Source: Clostridia bacterium (lineage in GTDB: Bacteria; Bacillota; Clostridia; Oscillospirales; CAG-272). Taken from it: DNA of 64,000 nucleotides. Each line of letters starts with the position of its first letter. Position 1 is the stretch's first letter. Made by a program: the position numbers and the translations under genes. This document shows, piece by piece, positions 60,531 through 64,000 of the stretch. The notes beneath the pieces were generated by a model. It was not told the DNA's origin and made no database searches. It saw nothing but the letters and a program-made list of their open reading frames with translations. Location: assembly GCA_017461385.1 (NCBI GenBank), contig JAFTXZ010000003.1:146392-210391 (forward strand), written 5' to 3'.

Positions 60531-61754
60531 TTATTCGTCGTCAATGCTTCCAATATCGTCAGGGTCATACTCATAAGGAATATCCTCATCCTCATTTTCA
60601 GCCTCTATATCAATATTTTCATCATTTTCTGATTTTTCTATTTCCTCGCCCTTAAAAAGTGCGCCGTTTCTTATTTCTATAAAGTTGGCAACCTCTGTTT
60701 TATCAAAGCCGGATTTATCACAGGCAGTAATTATAACCTGTCTTTTACTTATATTTGCAAGAATATATTGCTTTCTTGTATCATCAAGCTCTGACAAAAC
60801 GTCATCAAACAAAAATACAGGATATTCTCCACTATATTCACGGCTTATTTCACCCTCAGCCATTTTCATAGCCAGAGCAAGTGAGCGCTGTTGACCCTGT
60901 GAGGAGTAAAATCTTGAATCCTTTCCATTAAGCTCTATTTTCAAGTCGTCCTTATGAATTCCAAACAGAGTTGCCCCATATTTGAATTCTCTTTCTAGAT
61001 TGTTCTTTAATAGGTCAAAATATTTATTTTTAAGGAGTTCTCTTGTTTCAAAGTCATTTTCCTGTGCATTAGTTTCGTAGGTGATTTTTGGCTTTTCTCG
61101 CCCCTTTGTCATTTCCTCAAAGAAAATCCTTACCCAGGAATCTAGCTTTTTAATATAGTCAATTCTCATAAGAGCTATATCAGCACACAGATAAGCAAGC
61201 TCCCCTGAATATACCTCAAGCATATCAAGAAACTTTTCTCTTTCCTGTGGCTCCATTTTCAAAATAGCATTTCTGCTTTCAACCACACTATTATATTGAG
61301 TTAGCATTTTAATATAAATTGGTCTTAGCTGAGAAATTGCAACGTCAATAAATTTTCGTCTTACAGAGGGTGAATCCTTAATTATTCCCAGGTGAGAGGG
61401 ACAGAATAAAACTGAACGAAACTCACCTATAATTTCAGAGGTCTTTGAAACCTTTACCTTATTTCTGTAAAACCTTTTAGTTTGATACTTCGGAATTTCA
61501 ACGCCCAAGGTCGTTTCTTTTCCGCTTTTATCAAACTCTAACACTGCGTAGGCACAGCTTTTATTAAAGGCAACGGTTTCCTTATCCTTAAATGCGCGGA
61601 AGCTTTTTCCCCTTGCAAATATGTAAATTGCCTCTAATATGTTAGTTTTACCCTGAGCATTTTCTCCGTAAATTACATTTATACCATCAGAAAACTCAAT
61701 TTCTTCATTTTCGATATTACGAAAATCCTGAAGCTTAATTTTCTTACAATACAT
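60531..61754 (-). CDS. recF: DNA replication and repair protein RecF with an about 35-aa acidic C-terminal tail
   Basis: GENAQGKTNILEAIY Walker A, SMC-like signature and FDDVLSELD Walker B. Confidence 0.9.
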   Translation of the reverse strand: MYCKKIKLQDFRNIENEEIEFSDGINVIYGENAQGKTNILEAIYIFARGKSFRAFKDKETVAFNKSCAYAVLEFDKSGKETTLGVEIPKYQTKRFYRNKVKVSKTSEIIGEFRSVLFCPSHLGIIKDSPSVRRKFIDVAISQLRPIYIKMLTQYNSVVESRNAILKMEPQEREKFLDMLEVYSGELAYLCADIALMRIDYIKKLDSWVRIFFEEMTKGREKPKITYETNAQENDFETRELLKNKYFDLLKNNLEREFKYGATLFGIHKDDLKIELNGKDSRFYSSQGQQRSLALAMKMAEGEISREYSGEYPVFLFDDVLSELDDTRKQYILANISKRQVIITACDKSGFDKTEVANFIEIRNGALFKGEEIEKSENDENIDIEAENEDEDIPYEYDPDDIGSIDDE

Positions 61755-61770
61755 AATTTTTCCTTAATTT

Positions 61771-62919
61771 TTATCTTGTCATTCTCATTGGCATGATGTA
61801 GTAAAGGAATTTACCCTCATCCTGCTTAGATGGCTCAATTATAACTCCTGTAACCGGATTTACAAACTTTAGGTTCATAGGACCATCATCACAAACCTTA
61901 ATTGCCTCAATAATGCTTCTGCATTCAAAGGCAATTGTCAAGCTATCGCCACTAATTTTTTCAATATCAATTTCATCAAAGGCATTTCCATTCTGGCTTT
62001 GAGTAGAAACTGAAAGAACCTCGTCAATAGTAAACTTTACGTAAGGACGGAAGGTGTTTACAAGCTTATCCTCGATAATAAGAAGGCTTCTTTCAAGAGC
62101 TCCTCTTAAATCGCTTGCTTCAAGATTAAACTCAAGCTCACTGTTCTTTGGAATAAGTCTTGTATAATCAAAATACTGTGAATCAATTGTCTTTGAGAAG
62201 AAGGTGTATTGACCAATCTTGAAAATAACGTATTTCAAGGTAAGACGGATTTCAATTTCATCCTCTGTGTCCTTAACCATCTTTAGTATTTCAACAAGTG
62301 TTTTGCCAGGAACAATAAACTTAAGGTTTAATGCCTCACCAAACACGTTTTTATTTTCAATGTCAATATTATGCTCACAAATAGCAAGTCTGTTACCGTC
62401 GCAGGAAACAACCTTAAAGCTTGTGCCTGTAATTTGGAAATAAGCACCATTAAAGAATGGACGTGGATTATCTCTGCCAATTGCAAACATAATTCTTGTT
62501 ACAAACTTTCTGAAAAGATACTGTGGGAATACGAAGCCACGGTCTCCTCTTAAATCAGGCAAGCTTGGAAATTGATTTCCAGGCATACACTTTATGTCAA
62601 AGTGTGAAAGTCCTGATTCAATAACCGTGTTGTATGCAGAGTCAACTGAAATTTTAACGTCTCCGCTAGGCATAGCCTTAAGAAGCTGAAGTAGCTTTTG
62701 TGCGTTTATAATACAAGAGCCACCCTTTTCAATTTTACAATCAACGTAGGTTCTCATACCCTTTTCAAAGTCGTAGGTTTCAACCATACATCTTCCCTCA
62801 TCCTCGTAGCAAACAAGGTGAACACCCTCAACGGTAGGCATAGTATTTTTTGCAGCAACTGTGTGCATTGCAGGAATAAGTGCATTAACAAGCGTATCTC
62901 TGTTAAACGTAACTATCAT
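61771..62919 (-). CDS. dnaN: DNA polymerase III beta sliding clamp
   Basis: Three-domain beta-clamp length (382 aa); N-terminus MIVTFNRDTLVNAL. Confidence 0.9.
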   Translation of the reverse strand: MIVTFNRDTLVNALIPAMHTVAAKNTMPTVEGVHLVCYEDEGRCMVETYDFEKGMRTYVDCKIEKGGSCIINAQKLLQLLKAMPSGDVKISVDSAYNTVIESGLSHFDIKCMPGNQFPSLPDLRGDRGFVFPQYLFRKFVTRIMFAIGRDNPRPFFNGAYFQITGTSFKVVSCDGNRLAICEHNIDIENKNVFGEALNLKFIVPGKTLVEILKMVKDTEDEIEIRLTLKYVIFKIGQYTFFSKTIDSQYFDYTRLIPKNSELEFNLEASDLRGALERSLLIIEDKLVNTFRPYVKFTIDEVLSVSTQSQNGNAFDEIDIEKISGDSLTIAFECRSIIEAIKVCDDGPMNLKFVNPVTGVIIEPSKQDEGKFLYYIMPMRMTR

Positions 62920-63008
62920 AAATACCTCTTTACTCTTGAAAAAATCAAGAAATTTTTCTTTTATTCTTTTTATTATTTATTAATATTTAGTAGTAGTAGT
63001 TAAAGGGG

Positions 63009-63244
63009 TGTGGAAAATGTGGAATAATTTCAAACCCCAATAAAATCAAGGGCAAAATTAAAAAATTATCAACGTACCCCTGTGGACGATTGTGGAAAAA
63101 TAGGAATCTTTTTCTAAAAATTAAAAATTTCAATTCTTAAAAAAGTTTTCAACAAAATATCAACGGTTGATAACTCCTATGTGGAAAACTCATAAAAAGC
63201 CTTTTATTACATAGACTTGTCCAGATGTTGAAAGGTGTGGAAAG
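63009..63244. promoter_or_regulatory. oriC segment: cluster of six DnaA boxes (TGTGGAAAA type) plus an AT-rich putative unwinding element between dnaA and dnaN
   Basis: Boxes at 63009, 63018, 63081, 63091, 63180 and 63236, all in one orientation. AT-rich tract at 63108-63175. Confidence 0.8.
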
Positions 63245-63247
63245 AAT

Positions 63248-64000
63248 TTAGCTTATATTAAGCTCTCTTATAAGATCCTCAACCTCCATAGCAAAGGATG
63301 GATTTTTAGCCATTTCGTCCTTTACGTAGGTTTCACTGGAAATAACAGTTGTTCTATCTCTGTTAATAGCCTTGCCTATTTGTGATTGGGAAAGAGCTGT
63401 GCAGGTTCTTGCAAGGTAAACGCAAATATGTCTTGGAACTGCAATCTCCTTGGTTCTCTTTGTGGACATAATATCCTCTCTTGTAAGCTTGAACTTATTA
63501 CAAACAGCAAGAATAATATCGTCCATTTTCTTTGCCTCGGTATCTCTTGTGGGTAAAAATTCCTTAACTGAATTTTTAACTCTTTCAAAGGTAATATCTC
63601 CACCCTCAAGCAATTGAATAGCACCTAGCTTTTTAACTGCACCCTCAAGCTGTCTTATTGAGGTGGTAATATTTTCTGCTAAGAAGCTGATAACAGCTGG
63701 TGGAAGTGAAAGATTATGTAAAAGTGATTTTTGCTTCAAGATTGCGCATCTTAAATCAAAGTCTGGTAATTGAATATCAACGATAATACCTGACATAAAT
63801 CTTGTCTTAAGCCTGTCCTGTAGAGTTTTAATCTCATTTGGTGGACGGTCTGAGGTAAAGATAATTTGCTTATTTGATTCGTAAATAGCATTAAAGGTAT
63901 TAAAGAATTCCTCTTGAAGTGAAGCCTTACCTGCTACAAAGTGAATATCGTCGATAAGTAAAACGTCTGCATTTCTGTATTTCTCACGGAATTCCTTTGT
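63248..64000 (-). CDS. dnaA: Chromosomal replication initiator DnaA, C-terminal part; the 5' end lies beyond the window
   Basis: Domain III/IV sequence KEFREKYRNADVLLIDDIHFVAGKASLQEEFFNTFN...SDRPP... and C-terminal HTH KEIAVPRHICVYLARTCT. The reading frame stays open upstream of the track start. Confidence 0.9.
   Translation of the reverse strand, partial: TKEFREKYRNADVLLIDDIHFVAGKASLQEEFFNTFNAIYESNKQIIFTSDRPPNEIKTLQDRLKTRFMSGIIVDIQLPDFDLRCAILKQKSLLHNLSLPPAVISFLAENITTSIRQLEGAVKKLGAIQLLEGGDITFERVKNSVKEFLPTRDTEAKKMDDIILAVCNKFKLTREDIMSTKRTKEIAVPRHICVYLARTCTALSQSQIGKAINRDRTTVISSETYVKDEMAKNPSFAMEVEDLIRELNIS

Overview
Low-GC Firmicutes (Clostridia-like) chromosomal segment that includes the replication origin region at its right end. 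All calls were made by reading and translating the sequence by hand; no searches were run, so family assignments rest on recognisable motifs only.

Gene content on the minus strand at the right end: dnaA (partial), a DnaA-box cluster, dnaN, recF, remB, gyrB, gyrA, then a lipoprotein, recA, recX, rimO and pgsA. Other housekeeping genes are the rimP-nusA-ylxR-L7Ae-infB operon, cysS, a tRNA dihydrouridine synthase and tRNA-Ser(UGA). There is a cytoplasmic xyloside/xylose cluster (GH92-like, GH3, GH31, AraC, xylA, xylB) and a surface-glycan cluster (a giant lipoprotein with a GH clan-A catalytic domain, a TetR regulator, two further lipoproteins and a GH29). A flavodiiron protein is followed by a rubredoxin gene that the ORF track missed because it is under 60 aa.

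Candidate undescribed systems:
1. A four-gene minus-strand operon at 1-5770. It encodes a giant coiled-coil protein with FtsK/SpoIIIE/EssC-type P-loop domains, a small coiled-coil protein, a GrpE-like protein with an acidic repeat linker, and a divergent Hsp70-family ATPase. None of these is the canonical grpE-dnaK pair.
2. A translationally coupled pair of WYL-domain proteins at 28280-30444. They are followed by about 1 kb of non-coding DNA that carries an iteron-like array of GTGAAGTT motifs and small palindromes, a tRNA-like T-arm fragment and a GC-rich structured leader. An SPFH protein and the RNA ligase RtcB lie immediately downstream.
3. Four separate tandem-duplicated intergenic arrays. 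One is a 173-bp GC-rich array abutting the infB stop codon. A second, 127-bp array re-copies the C-terminal 17 codons of a small Cys-rich ORF, and every substitution between copies is synonymous. A GC hairpin motif (GAACCCCC...GGGGAAC) is shared between the infB-proximal array and the tRNA-Ser leader.
4. A 21-bp direct repeat of the tRNA-Ser 3' end lies 189 bp downstream of the tRNA. No integrase, transposase, CRISPR array or phage genes were seen.
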